A stretch of DNA of 64,000 nucleotides from a virus (lineage: Duplodnaviria > Caudoviricetes), in the IMG/VR virus record IMGVR_UViG_2648501258_000001, positions 33,613 through 97,612 of that record; one strand, 5' to 3'. The translations under genes and the position numbers were made by a program. Positions 1-8,940 of the stretch are shown one piece after another (the first letter of the stretch is position 1; the number at the start of each line of letters is the position of its first letter). The notes under the pieces were generated by a model that saw only the letters and a list, made by a program, of their open reading frames with translations, was not told the origin of the DNA and ran no database searches.

Positions 1-515
1 GCCCACATAGGCTTATGGCCCTTCTCAGCGTGGTTGGTTTCACGGATGTTGTATGGACGACCAACAACCTTAACCTTTTCGCCAGGGAGAGTGAACTCAC
101 CGTTCAACAGCATACGCAGAGGAAGCGGATTCGAGTTACCGAAGAACTGACCCTTGTCCACTTGAACTTGAGGGAAGTCAACCATTACTGCCAGTTGTTG
201 CACAGGCTTCTGAGGGTAGCATTTCAGACGGCAGGCTTTACCCTTATCGTCGAAACCATCCTTGAAGTATGTAGCAGCGCGTGCAGCAGTTTCAGCCAGT
301 TCGTCTTCTGCTGTACCGACGAATACGTGTTCAGCGTCGTCGAGATTCTGTTCACCGAGGTCGATCAGACCTGAGATGATACCGGGCAGAGAACGAGTCT
401 TGCCACCACCAGCAGCTTCAACCACGTGGGCATTCAGCTTATCCCATTCTACCACTGGACGATTGCCGCCTTCGGTAGTAGTGGTAGTAGTTGTTACGAA
501 AGTGAAACCAGTCAT
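1..515 (-). CDS. Hypothetical replication-region protein, possibly ssDNA-binding; runs off window edge
   Basis: Not in ORF track; read by eye: ATG at 515 after AGGAGA RBS, open frame MTGFTFVTTTTTTTEGGNRPVVEWDKLNAHV... to window edge. Confidence 0.7.
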   Translation of the reverse strand, partial: MTGFTFVTTTTTTTEGGNRPVVEWDKLNAHVVEAAGGGKTRSLPGIISGLIDLGEQNLDDAEHVFVGTAEDELAETAARAATYFKDGFDDKGKACRLKCYPQKPVQQLAVMVDFPQVQVDKGQFFGNSNPLPLRMLLNGEFTLPGEKVKVVGRPYNIRETNHAEKGHKPMW

Positions 516-587
516 TGTAAATCTCCTATCTAAAGGCCCTTCTTGGGCTTAAATGCGGGACACGTGCCCCGCGTTGGTTCGGAATCC

Positions 588-959
588 TTAACGGATTTCC
601 TTGAGTGGGGCATACGCCATAATGATGATGCCCTCTTTCTTGCCGCCCATTGCTGCTTTAATTTCACGGGCGTATTCTCGATCCTGTGTGCTGAGCCAAA
701 TATCGCCAGACGCGTCCACAACAGAATACAAATATCGTACACGAGCAGAAGTTGCTTGCTCTGCTGGAGCTACCGATTGCAGCTCTTCGTAGTCATCAGT
801 GGTTAGAAGTTGACTGTAGCCTCGCTCGCACTTGGCGTCAATACCAGCCACGCTGTGACCCTTGGATGGGGCGGTGGCTGTAACGACTTCACCTACACGG
901 AAAGAATGGCCCCAGATGTTTGGGGATTTAATAACTCGTACTTGACGTGGAAACTTCAT
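588..959 (-). CDS. Hypothetical protein
   Basis: MKFPRQ start with AAGGAG RBS. Confidence 0.7.
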   Translation of the reverse strand: MKFPRQVRVIKSPNIWGHSFRVGEVVTATAPSKGHSVAGIDAKCERGYSQLLTTDDYEELQSVAPAEQATSARVRYLYSVVDASGDIWLSTQDREYAREIKAAMGGKKEGIIIMAYAPLKEIR

Positions 960-1014
960 ATTTACTCCTTTGTAGAAATGAGAAGGCAGCATTTCTGCTG
1001 CCTAGATGGGTAGT

Positions 1015-1434
1015 TTAAACGCTAGGCTTCTGGTTGTCAAGCCAGTGACCAAGTTGTTTACGAATCTTTTTGACGTCTTCTGTTCGCAGACGAACGATCT
1101 GACCATCACCAGTACTACCTTCGCTCGTGGTGAAGTAGACGTATTCTTCACTGGACGCAGTATCCACTTCCAGATTGTCACCTTCGGAGTCTTCGTAGTG
1201 CGTCTCTTCGCCAACTTTAGGTGCTTTCACCTTGACCAGTTTCAGATCATCCACAACATAAGCATTGAAGATTTCCTCGCCCGGCCACTGGACTCGGATA
1301 GGAAAAGAAATTGAATCTCTGGTTGCGGTAATAGTACCCTCAACGTCTGCTGGGTTCATTGTTCGATGCTTACCGTAAAACTGGCTCGACTTACGAATTT
1401 TAACCTTGTCGCCTACTTTGAATTGCTTAGCCAT
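1015..1434 (-). CDS. Hypothetical protein with KOW/SH3-like N-terminus
   Basis: GGAGG RBS before MAKQFKVGDKVKI; upstream in-frame extension in the track is the tRNA-like RNA. Confidence 0.75.
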   Translation of the reverse strand: MAKQFKVGDKVKIRKSSQFYGKHRTMNPADVEGTITATRDSISFPIRVQWPGEEIFNAYVVDDLKLVKVKAPKVGEETHYEDSEGDNLEVDTASSEEYVYFTTSEGSTGDGQIVRLRTEDVKKIRKQLGHWLDNQKPSV

Positions 1435-1458
1435 TTTGTATCCTCCGTTATATGTTAA

Positions 1459-1607
1459 TGGGGGCGGGAGCAGGACTCGAACCTGCACGCTTTCGCTGTC
1501 CGTTTGGGGCCACTTGTAACCTGCTAAGCTACTCCACACCTCGATATGGAAAGCCTCATACTCTTGCAGACCCTTAGAACTTTGTCTACCGATTCCATCA
1601 TCCCGTC
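1459..1607 (-). ncRNA. tRNA-Leu-like scaffold RNA with large structured insert replacing the anticodon loop (149 nt)
   Basis: GACGGGA/TCCCGCC-C-CCA acceptor, Leu-type D loop GGAATCGGTAGAC, GC-GAAA-GC variable arm, GCAGG-TTCGAGT-CCTGC T arm; own promoter upstream. Confidence 0.75.
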
Positions 1608-1618
1608 TTGTTGGGGCC

Positions 1619-1646
1619 ATTCTACATGATCCTGACCCCGTGTCAA
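1619..1646 (-). promoter_or_regulatory. sigma70-type promoter
   Basis: TTGACA-N16-TAGAAT. Confidence 0.75.
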
Positions 1647-1658
1647 CAATTTATTTTA

Positions 1659-4271
1659 TTAGTGGCAGCCTGCCCACGATTTTTCAACAATGTACCCTGC
1701 TGTCAGGTCGATTGGCACAATCTCTGTGCTGTAGAACTGACCAGCCAACGATACAGCCTTCACAGCCAGCACGCCAGCTTCGCAGTAGGCCACGTACACG
1801 CCGTCACCCTTAGAAGCCTTGCTAATGTCAGACCACACCTTGCCAGTGGAAGCCTCTTCTGCATCCTTGAATGCCTGAGCCTCTTCCTTGGTTGCGAACC
1901 GCTTGAACTCGAACAGGGAAGCCGAGGCTTCGAGCTGTGCTTCGTCGTGGTACGCGATCATTTGCTGGCAAAACTTCTTGTTCTTCCAGTCGTCAAGGAA
2001 GAAGTCCACCGACAACCCTGCTTCCTTCAACAGAACATCGTGAATCACCATCGCACGCTTGGCACAGATAACCCCACCAGATTGGAACAAGCTGTTCAAG
2101 ATCGCATGTGCAGAACGTGTTGGCACACGACGACCGTCAATCCCGACAATGTACTTCTTACCATTAGCTTCCCACTCCCGTTGCAGTGTCTCTTTCAGCA
2201 TCTTGAGCGGGAAAGCAGCATCCCAGAAAGCCTCAAACACTTGGTTGCCTGTTGTCAAGTCAGAACCAATAGTCTTAGCTACCTTCGCAGCCTGGGCACC
2301 ATAGGTACAGCCATACTTCACGTTCTTAGCCGGACTACGACCAAACTCTCGCCCGATAATAGCACTAATGCTCTTAGCCATCATCGTGTGTACATCGAAC
2401 GGTTTATCCAGCATCAGAGACTTGCAATACGCCCGGTCTACAGCATCGTACTGATCGCAATAAGCGCTTTCAATCCGAGCTTCCAAGCTATCGAAGTCAT
2501 AACCGATCTGGAAGTAGCCATCAGAGACTCCAAACAGCGCTCTCAGCTCTTTGCCGTACAAGCTTGTAACACGAGGCACGTTCGCTACAGATCGGTGCTT
2601 AAATCGGCTTGTAGCGGCTCCACATGTATCTGCTGGGGTTGGGATTCGGCCATCCTCACGGACGTTCGAAATATAACCCTTCTCTGGCTCTTCGTCTGGA
2701 TCATCCCAATCAATACCCCCACCCAGGATCGAGTTACGGCGGTGCTTAAATGTCAGATACTCTACCACGTCCTTCGCAAATGGAAAGCTCTCAGAGATAC
2801 GTTCCAAGTCGGGACACATATCTTTGTCCTGCCCCTTCGTAAAGCTAGGGTTGCTCAGTACCTTTAGGCCACGGCCACCACGTTCCAACATAGCTTCAAC
2901 AAGATTACGATCTGCTGGACGACGGTTAGGCCATAGGTGGGCCAAGCGGTCATCACGGAATGCAGTGGTTAGCGTCTGTTCAACGTAACGTTCAATCGCT
3001 TCCTTGAATTTCTCAGGAGTCAGTTTAACCTTCTTGCTATCAACAGAAAGGTCTTTCTCTTTGTATTCACTTGGGTTCCAACCCAGAGACACAAGCCAGT
3101 TCTTGATATGCGTGGTGTCGTCAATCGTAGCATCCATCTCAGTGACCAGAGGCACACCAGCTTCTAGTGGCAGCGAATACACCTTGCCCAACATCTCAAC
3201 TGTACGAGTTTCAGGGTCATACACACCATCGTGCTTGACAATGAATTTCTCCATGTGAGCGGAGATTTCACCGTTCTTCTTGAACTGCGTCACTGGTGGA
3301 GTGTAGTTCTTCATGAACACTTGAGTTGCTGGTCGCTTAGGTAGAAGTGGTTCCACCTTAACGCGGCGCTCTTCCATCATTTTATCCAGCTCATCCAGGG
3401 CCTTATGTGCAAGCTCTCGATTGAAGTGGAAGCCACGGTGTTCTTGCCGTGTGATGATTTCAGCGATGTTGTGTTCAAGCTTAATTGCACTCACCCACTT
3501 CATCAGCTCAGCCCGATCATTCAGGTTAGGGCCAGCTGTCTTGTGGTCAATCTTGTTCTTGGTGCCGTCCATCAAACCGAAGAATACCTCAGTGTTGGAC
3601 TTAACGTCGAAAATACAGTAATAGAGCATATCCGCAGCAAAGTCACGGAATCGAATACTAACGTGCATGTGTTTACGGAAGGCGATCTTCTCGCTCATCC
3701 CACCAGACGCCAGCTTCTCTAGGGAGTGACCACCATAGCGGTCTGGGTTCAAACACTTACTCAGTGGGAGTGTGTCCCAGATTGCCAGCTTATTCCCACC
3801 CCATGTATCGCTGGTAAACGTTGTTAGACCACGATCCCGTACTTCATGACCAATTGTAAAATTGATGCCATAGGCCAGCTTGATAGCCATCAAGTCATAA
3901 CTGATTTGGTTATGAGCCACAAGACGACGAAACTTAGTCTTGAGGATGAAGTCTTTCAGCTCAGACATTTGACGGTGGGTGTACTCCAGTACCTCATACT
4001 CCCGCAAGAAGTAGGTCTCACCGTTGATTTCCTCGCAGTATTCCCGACCATCGAAAATATACTTCGGGCCATTGTGGAACGCGATGATTTCACCAGTGAA
4101 ATGGTTTTCAAAAACCACACAATGCATTGCGAAGTTGCCTTTCAGGCGATACGGGCTTGCCGTGTAGTCGATGGTGCGTTCGTTCAAGAGGTCGTTAGCC
4201 TCAATGTCCCAGGTCCAGTCGTCTGGATGTGCAAACTTGTTTGGTGCAAATGGTGGTTTAATCAGATTCAT
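1659..4271 (-). CDS. DNA polymerase, family A, with 3'-5' exonuclease
   Basis: Exo motifs WDIE, AHN..YD; motif A YDFDSLEARI; motif B RSPAKNVKYGCTYG; motif C YHDE. Confidence 0.95.
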   Translation of the reverse strand: MNLIKPPFAPNKFAHPDDWTWDIEANDLLNERTIDYTASPYRLKGNFAMHCVVFENHFTGEIIAFHNGPKYIFDGREYCEEINGETYFLREYEVLEYTHRQMSELKDFILKTKFRRLVAHNQISYDLMAIKLAYGINFTIGHEVRDRGLTTFTSDTWGGNKLAIWDTLPLSKCLNPDRYGGHSLEKLASGGMSEKIAFRKHMHVSIRFRDFAADMLYYCIFDVKSNTEVFFGLMDGTKNKIDHKTAGPNLNDRAELMKWVSAIKLEHNIAEIITRQEHRGFHFNRELAHKALDELDKMMEERRVKVEPLLPKRPATQVFMKNYTPPVTQFKKNGEISAHMEKFIVKHDGVYDPETRTVEMLGKVYSLPLEAGVPLVTEMDATIDDTTHIKNWLVSLGWNPSEYKEKDLSVDSKKVKLTPEKFKEAIERYVEQTLTTAFRDDRLAHLWPNRRPADRNLVEAMLERGGRGLKVLSNPSFTKGQDKDMCPDLERISESFPFAKDVVEYLTFKHRRNSILGGGIDWDDPDEEPEKGYISNVREDGRIPTPADTCGAATSRFKHRSVANVPRVTSLYGKELRALFGVSDGYFQIGYDFDSLEARIESAYCDQYDAVDRAYCKSLMLDKPFDVHTMMAKSISAIIGREFGRSPAKNVKYGCTYGAQAAKVAKTIGSDLTTGNQVFEAFWDAAFPLKMLKETLQREWEANGKKYIVGIDGRRVPTRSAHAILNSLFQSGGVICAKRAMVIHDVLLKEAGLSVDFFLDDWKNKKFCQQMIAYHDEAQLEASASLFEFKRFATKEEAQAFKDAEEASTGKVWSDISKASKGDGVYVAYCEAGVLAVKAVSLAGQFYSTEIVPIDLTAGYIVEKSWAGCH

Positions 4272-4343
4272 TTCTCTCTCCTTTAATTTCGGTTGTCTCT
4301 AAACGACGAAAAGGAGCTTACTCGCGTAAGCCCCCGTTGTCAA

Positions 4344-6290
4344 TCAGTATTGTGATTCACCGCCGTAGTCTACCCAGCCACGCTCAGATAGTCCACGACG
4401 CGTACCACGGTCGTCATCACTTTTAGCAGCTTGGCTGGCAGCATACTCAGCTGCTGCCGCTGGGTTTCTGTTGAGGTAGTCTTCCAAATCATACAAGGTG
4501 TGCTCCTTGTTGTTGTAGAAGTATTCCCCAGCTTTAGGCCCTGTGTTTCCTGTCCAACGACACTTGGTCATCTTCATGAACGTGATGTTACGTTCAATCT
4601 CGCACTCAGCTTCCTTGTTACGGGTGAACAGAAGGTTGCACGCACCAGATTTGAAGATCGAAGAACTACCTTGGAAGTCTTCTTCAAACAGATCAGCACC
4701 AGCAGAGTTCTGCTTTCCGCCCTGCCCACTCTTACGGACGTGGTTGATGTTGATGAATGTGACCTTGTGGCTCTTCACAAGCCCTTTCTGCCAACGCATG
4801 AAGACAGCCTGCTCTTCGTTGCTCATACCGTCCAGAATGTCCTGTAGAGGGTCGAGGATGATAACTTTACAATCACACGAGATGATCAGTTCCATCACCT
4901 TCTCTTTCAAGTCGTCCAGACCACCATCACGCTCATCCAGCAAGTGCCAACGGTGACTGCCATCAGGATTGTAGGTCAGCTCGTGAACAGCCGCTTCAAA
5001 CTCCGGCGTATTCATCAGGTCGATCTTGTATTGCATATCCTCGATAAGCTCAAGCTTCTGACCAATGTGACGTGAAGCCATCTTAATGCCGTACTCTGCA
5101 CAATCAGATTCTAGCGATACAACCCCAACCTTATGTGGCGAATGGAAAATCCAGAAATACACCATCTCATCCACAATGGTTGACTTACCTGTACCAGACG
5201 CAGAGCCAAGGTTGACAATTCTGCCGAGTGGAATACCACCCGCCATCATCTTCTGTACCTTGTGCATGAACGCAGGAAGAGGAATCTTTGGAACTACAGC
5301 AGCAGCTTTCATCAATCCCAACAGAGAGCCAGAACCGACGATGCCATTTGGGGTGTAAGGTTGTGATGCATAGAACTCGGTAATGAACTGACCCTGCTTG
5401 TTTACAGCTGTGTCCTTATCCTTGTCCCAGATGTAGCTGTTGGGGTCTTTGAGGCTCATCTGCATGATGTATGCCTTACCCTTCGGAAGTGCCTTGGCGA
5501 TCTTCTCAGCAGCCTCACGGCCAGCTTTGTCGTTATCCATACAGATGATAACTTTATCGAATCGGTTGAAGAACTCATACTGGCCTACAATTTGCTTGTG
5601 GGCTCCACTCTCCCCGATGGTTGGTGACACTACGAATGTAGAATCGAAATCTTGACCTTTCTTGGCGTTCTCCCTTGCTCGAAAGTCTGACAACATTTGA
5701 TAGGCTGATAGCTGGTCAACTTCCCCACCTACGATCAGAATATCTCGACTACGCTTTTTAAGGAATCGCCACTGTCCGAACAAATGACAATCTTTACCAG
5801 TCTCTCCAATCCCTGCAAAATCTTTAGGGATCATACGCTTCTTGTAGCCCGTCAGCTCAAACCCCATATCGTTCTCAGCTTCTTGCGTTGCTGGATAGAG
5901 TTGTGCAGAGACCTTACCTGTGGCACCGTCAATCTCGTGACGTACTCCAAAGAAGGTTGTAGTCTCTTTACGGATACCTCGGAAGCCGAAACTATCATTT
6001 GTCGTTTGCTCCTTCAAGCGCTCATGAATCTCTGCGTTAAACAAGCTACCCACTAGTTCATACTCCTTTTCTACTACAACACCATTGTCTTCGAGCCATT
6101 CTTCTGATGGAATGGTAAAACCACCACAACCACCGAAACAGTGGGCTCCCTTGTGGCGTCCCTCGCGGTCTACACCATAGACCATTAAGTTATCGCCACT
6201 GTTATCCATGCCCTGTGAAACACACTTGGGACATGCGACCTTACCTTCGGTATACAAGTCAATACCGTACTTCTCAGCTACATCTGACAC
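4344..6290 (-). CDS. DNA primase-helicase (T7 gp4-like)
   Basis: N-terminal Zn ribbon CPKC...HCFGGC, TOPRIM MDND, Walker A SASGTGKS, IILDPL, INHVRK SF4 motifs. Confidence 0.93.
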   Translation of the reverse strand: MSDVAEKYGIDLYTEGKVACPKCVSQGMDNSGDNLMVYGVDREGRHKGAHCFGGCGGFTIPSEEWLEDNGVVVEKEYELVGSLFNAEIHERLKEQTTNDSFGFRGIRKETTTFFGVRHEIDGATGKVSAQLYPATQEAENDMGFELTGYKKRMIPKDFAGIGETGKDCHLFGQWRFLKKRSRDILIVGGEVDQLSAYQMLSDFRARENAKKGQDFDSTFVVSPTIGESGAHKQIVGQYEFFNRFDKVIICMDNDKAGREAAEKIAKALPKGKAYIMQMSLKDPNSYIWDKDKDTAVNKQGQFITEFYASQPYTPNGIVGSGSLLGLMKAAAVVPKIPLPAFMHKVQKMMAGGIPLGRIVNLGSASGTGKSTIVDEMVYFWIFHSPHKVGVVSLESDCAEYGIKMASRHIGQKLELIEDMQYKIDLMNTPEFEAAVHELTYNPDGSHRWHLLDERDGGLDDLKEKVMELIISCDCKVIILDPLQDILDGMSNEEQAVFMRWQKGLVKSHKVTFININHVRKSGQGGKQNSAGADLFEEDFQGSSSIFKSGACNLLFTRNKEAECEIERNITFMKMTKCRWTGNTGPKAGEYFYNNKEHTLYDLEDYLNRNPAAAAEYAASQAAKSDDDRGTRRGLSERGWVDYGGESQY

Positions 6291-6299
6291 GAGGTCTCC

Positions 6300-6557
6300 T
6301 TATGCTACCATTGGACCCGGACCATCACCTTCTGGTTCCGGCTCTTGTGTTTTCAGCTTATTCTCTGCCGCTTTCCGTGCGTACAGCCATTTATATTCCA
6401 ATCGCTCTTCTGGAGAAAGTGGATGGGAGAGTTGATAGTGATCGCCCTCATCGGACACACTGAAAGGGATGAGATGCTCACCCATAGCCGCCGTGACCAG
6501 ACTAGAGAGATTCGGGTGCTTGAGAATGAGGATATGACCTCGCAAATCTTTAATCAT
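6300..6557 (-). CDS. Hypothetical protein
   Basis: GGAGG RBS, coupled to neighbours. Confidence 0.6.
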   Translation of the reverse strand: MIKDLRGHILILKHPNLSSLVTAAMGEHLIPFSVSDEGDHYQLSHPLSPEERLEYKWLYARKAAENKLKTQEPEPEGDGPGPMVA

Positions 6558-6733
6558 GCAACACCTCCCAGAATCTTAGTTGTTACGGAAAATCCAGCAG
6601 CACAGTAGTGTTGTCGGATACTCTCTCCTGCTACACGAGCAGCGTCCGTATCAACGAACTTAATCACGTCACTTGTCATGACGTATTCTCCACGACTCAG
6701 GTAGCGAAGTACAACCAACAATGCAACTTCCAT
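6554..6733 (-). CDS. Small hypothetical protein (59 aa)
   Basis: MEVALLVVLRY... after AAGGAGA RBS; ATGA overlap with next gene. Confidence 0.6.
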   Translation of the reverse strand: MEVALLVVLRYLSRGEYVMTSDVIKFVDTDAARVAGESIRQHYCAAGFSVTTKILGGVA

Positions 6734-6744
6734 TATTCTTCTCC

Positions 6745-6843
6745 TTATCCAAGTATTAGTTTAAAGAAGCACGCACAACATACGGCAATGACGATACCTT
6801 TAAATATGAAGTTGAGCATGATTTGCATCTCATTCGAGTCCAT
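6745..6843 (-). CDS. Small membrane peptide (32 aa)
   Basis: MDSNEMQIMLNFIFKGIVIAVCCACFFKLILG; TGATG coupling. Confidence 0.5.
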   Translation of the reverse strand: MDSNEMQIMLNFIFKGIVIAVCCACFFKLILG

Positions 6844-6956
6844 CAATCATCCCTCTTGTGTTTGTGCTTTTTCTTGCGACGGTACTTTGTACGATCCGGT
6901 TCAATCTTCGGAACGTTCACGCGTCGATTAGGTGCAGCCAGGGGATTACGAGCCAA
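6843..6956 (-). CDS. Small basic protein, ArfA-like motif (37 aa)
   Basis: TTG start, MARNPLAAPNRRVNVPKIEPDRTKYRRKKKHKHKRDD; coupled on both sides. Confidence 0.55.
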   Translation of the reverse strand: MARNPLAAPNRRVNVPKIEPDRTKYRRKKKHKHKRDD

Positions 6957-7155
6957 GGACACGAATCCACTGCCAACCTTCGTTAAATTCAACATCATAC
7001 ACATCCTTTTCGTGAAGATTTTCGATTGTCACACGCCACATCACTGGCCCAGTCGGGACAGCAGACACATCGTAGCCCAGGGGATCAGTCTTGTCAAACA
7101 ATTTCTGGACGAACTCTTGCATCATGTTGTTTGCTACGCTTTGGGATGTACGCAT
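6946..7155 (-). CDS. Hypothetical protein
   Basis: ORF in co-directional array. Confidence 0.55.
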   Translation of the reverse strand: MRTSQSVANNMMQEFVQKLFDKTDPLGYDVSAVPTGPVMWRVTIENLHEKDVYDVEFNEGWQWIRVLGS

Positions 7156-7325
7156 CTCATCTCTCCAATAGATTCTGTGAGGTAGGATTGTAGCTGTATG
7201 GCTTGCTCCATGTCAAGCATTATCGTTTCTTGACTGCCATGCACACCATCCACAGCAATGAATATACGATTGTCCAGTGTGTGGACGACTTCAATGCGTC
7301 GGTCATCTTGAGTGTCGATAATCAT
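7134..7325 (-). CDS. Hypothetical protein
   Basis: AAGGAGA RBS. Confidence 0.6.
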   Translation of the reverse strand: MIIDTQDDRRIEVVHTLDNRIFIAVDGVHGSQETIMLDMEQAIQLQSYLTESIGEMRCVHPKA

Positions 7326-7351
7326 TAACGTCTCCTTTTCTTTTGGGTGTT

Positions 7352-7379
7352 AAAAAGCCCCGCTGCATAAGCACGGGGC
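7352..7379 (-). terminator. Intrinsic terminator
   Basis: GCCCCG...CGGGGC hairpin followed by TTTTT on minus strand. Confidence 0.8.
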
Positions 7380-7388
7380 AATTCAATT

Positions 7389-7581
7389 CAGAGCAACATC
7401 GTAGACTGGCTCACTATGAGCGACTCCACTCTCCACGAGTGGCAAGCTAAGCCTCATTTGAATTTACTAGTCAGGAAGTTCGCGACCCTCCATTCGTTCA
7501 ACTCAAACTACGCAATCCTTCACACCATCTAGATTGGTCGTTTACGGATTTCACTGCTCTACAGTCTACGATGTTGCTCTG
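7389..7581 (-). ncRNA. Stand-alone structured RNA closed by perfect 20-bp helix
   Basis: IR 7389-7408/7562-7581, three internal arms, between promoter and terminator, no credible ORF. Confidence 0.75.
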
Positions 7582-7592
7582 TTTATCGGGCC

Positions 7593-7620
7593 ATTCTACA
7601 CTAGAACAGCCCCTTGTCAA
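7593..7620 (-). promoter_or_regulatory. sigma70-type promoter
   Basis: TTGACA-N16-TAGAAT. Confidence 0.8.
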
Positions 7621-7623
7621 GTA

Positions 7624-7854
7624 TTAAATCAAGACAAGTTTCATTGGTTGAGTGTGTACCATCAGATCACCATCGTAAATCTCAACACGAGAGTCCGCAT
7701 AGTTCAGGTGCAGTACATACCCATCGAATCGACTAAGGCCAGAGAAGACCTTGAAATCACAATTACAAAATTGCACGCCAACGTCGGTCTCATCCCAGCC
7801 CTCATAGCTATTCAAAACGAAACTTTCAATGCCCAGGACACGTACACGACTCAT
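7624..7854 (-). CDS. Hypothetical protein
   Basis: RBS, coupled start. Confidence 0.6.
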   Translation of the reverse strand: MSRVRVLGIESFVLNSYEGWDETDVGVQFCNCDFKVFSGLSRFDGYVLHLNYADSRVEIYDGDLMVHTQPMKLVLI

Positions 7855-8153
7855 TATTTCTCTCCCTTGGTAATTAAACGGTAAATTGTGTTGCGTGTCT
7901 CAATGAAGTGTTCGCCATCCACAGAGAACATCTGCTTGACTGCCGATGTACGGACCGGCTCACCATCAGCGAAGATACCACGGCTGTCGTTGTAAATGTA
8001 ACCATGAGCTACAGTGTGTCCTGGAAACATCTCACTGTCAAGCGAGCGGAACACCATCTGAGCAACAAACTTGTCTGCTGGCAGTGCGTCCAGTGGCAGA
8101 ATACGCCATTGGCTACCCTCCAACATCTCCTTCACATGGTTCTGTGGGTTCAC
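7854..8153 (-). CDS. Conserved phage hypothetical protein
   Basis: G.IYND.RG.F.DG..VRTS...IETRNTIY motif common in phages. Confidence 0.7.
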   Translation of the reverse strand: MNPQNHVKEMLEGSQWRILPLDALPADKFVAQMVFRSLDSEMFPGHTVAHGYIYNDSRGIFADGEPVRTSAVKQMFSVDGEHFIETRNTIYRLITKGEK

Positions 8154-8506
8154 TGTGCAGTCTCCAGGCCATCCAGACGGGCATTCAGCTCATCGGTGAA
8201 GTAGGTCTTACCGAACAGAAGAGTCTTTGGACGCTCTGGTACAGGACGCAGAGTTGCTACCAGCAATTGCTCAAAGTCAATGAAGACTTCCTTGCAATAT
8301 TTATTCTCGGTACGGTATGGAGTCATATCGGCGCTGGGAGTCATCAGACCTGTGCTGTCTACGAAAGTGCAGAGGCCATAGGTCGGTTCAACCCGAGTAC
8401 TACCGGCAAACCAAGTACAGCCATTCGAGAACAGCAGCTTTTGTACTGCAACGAGTTCTTCTTTGTTGGTCGCACGAATCTTAATGTTACGGAATTGTTG
8501 AGTCAT
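8150..8506 (-). CDS. Hypothetical protein
   Basis: AAGGAGAG RBS. Confidence 0.65.
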   Translation of the reverse strand: MTQQFRNIKIRATNKEELVAVQKLLFSNGCTWFAGSTRVEPTYGLCTFVDSTGLMTPSADMTPYRTENKYCKEVFIDFEQLLVATLRPVPERPKTLLFGKTYFTDELNARLDGLETAQ

Positions 8507-8518
8507 TTTTGCTCTCCT

Positions 8519-8929
8519 TTATTGAATTGATCGTGGCCCGGTTTGAAACACTGGACCCTTATCTTTGTTCGGTGCATCGTTCAAGATTGCAAATGGGTTG
8601 TCGTCAATCCAGATGGAGACGTTGATCCCTTGTGCAGCCATGAACTCTTTCTTGGCTTGGAGGCTAGTGTAGAAGATTCTATAGCCCTTGTCAACAAGAA
8701 ATTGCAAATCTTCTGGGTACGTTTCTGGTGTTCTCCATGTACAGATCACAACATGATACCCGATCTTCTCCAGAAGATCAAGCACTTTAACCCAGCCAGT
8801 TTCATTGTCGCTGATTGTCTCATCGAAATCAACAGCAACAACCTTCGGTTCCTGCATCAGAAACTCCGTTCTAGCCCATGGGTCACATGAACGTACAGCG
8901 GGAGATACAATTTCCAGCTTATGTTCCAT
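8519..8929 (-). CDS. HAD-superfamily hydrolase-like protein
   Basis: VDFDETI motif I, ICTWR, WIDDNP motif IV. Confidence 0.75.
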   Translation of the reverse strand: MEHKLEIVSPAVRSCDPWARTEFLMQEPKVVAVDFDETISDNETGWVKVLDLLEKIGYHVVICTWRTPETYPEDLQFLVDKGYRIFYTSLQAKKEFMAAQGINVSIWIDDNPFAILNDAPNKDKGPVFQTGPRSIQ

Positions 8930-8940
8930 ACATCCTCCTG

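Noticed and set aside
1459-1607. Bona fide tmRNA
   Set aside because: Too short, has a D stem, lacks G3-U70/A73 and the pseudoknot series
1435-1620. N-terminal extension of ORF 1015..1620
   Set aside because: Start lies in the -10 box, frame runs through the tRNA-like RNA; real RBS precedes 1434
1608-2867. 419-aa plus-strand ORF and similar long antisense ORFs (e.g. 25943-26953, 34595-35320, 58574-59299)
   Set aside because: Shadows of motif-bearing genes on the other strand; no RBS or domain features
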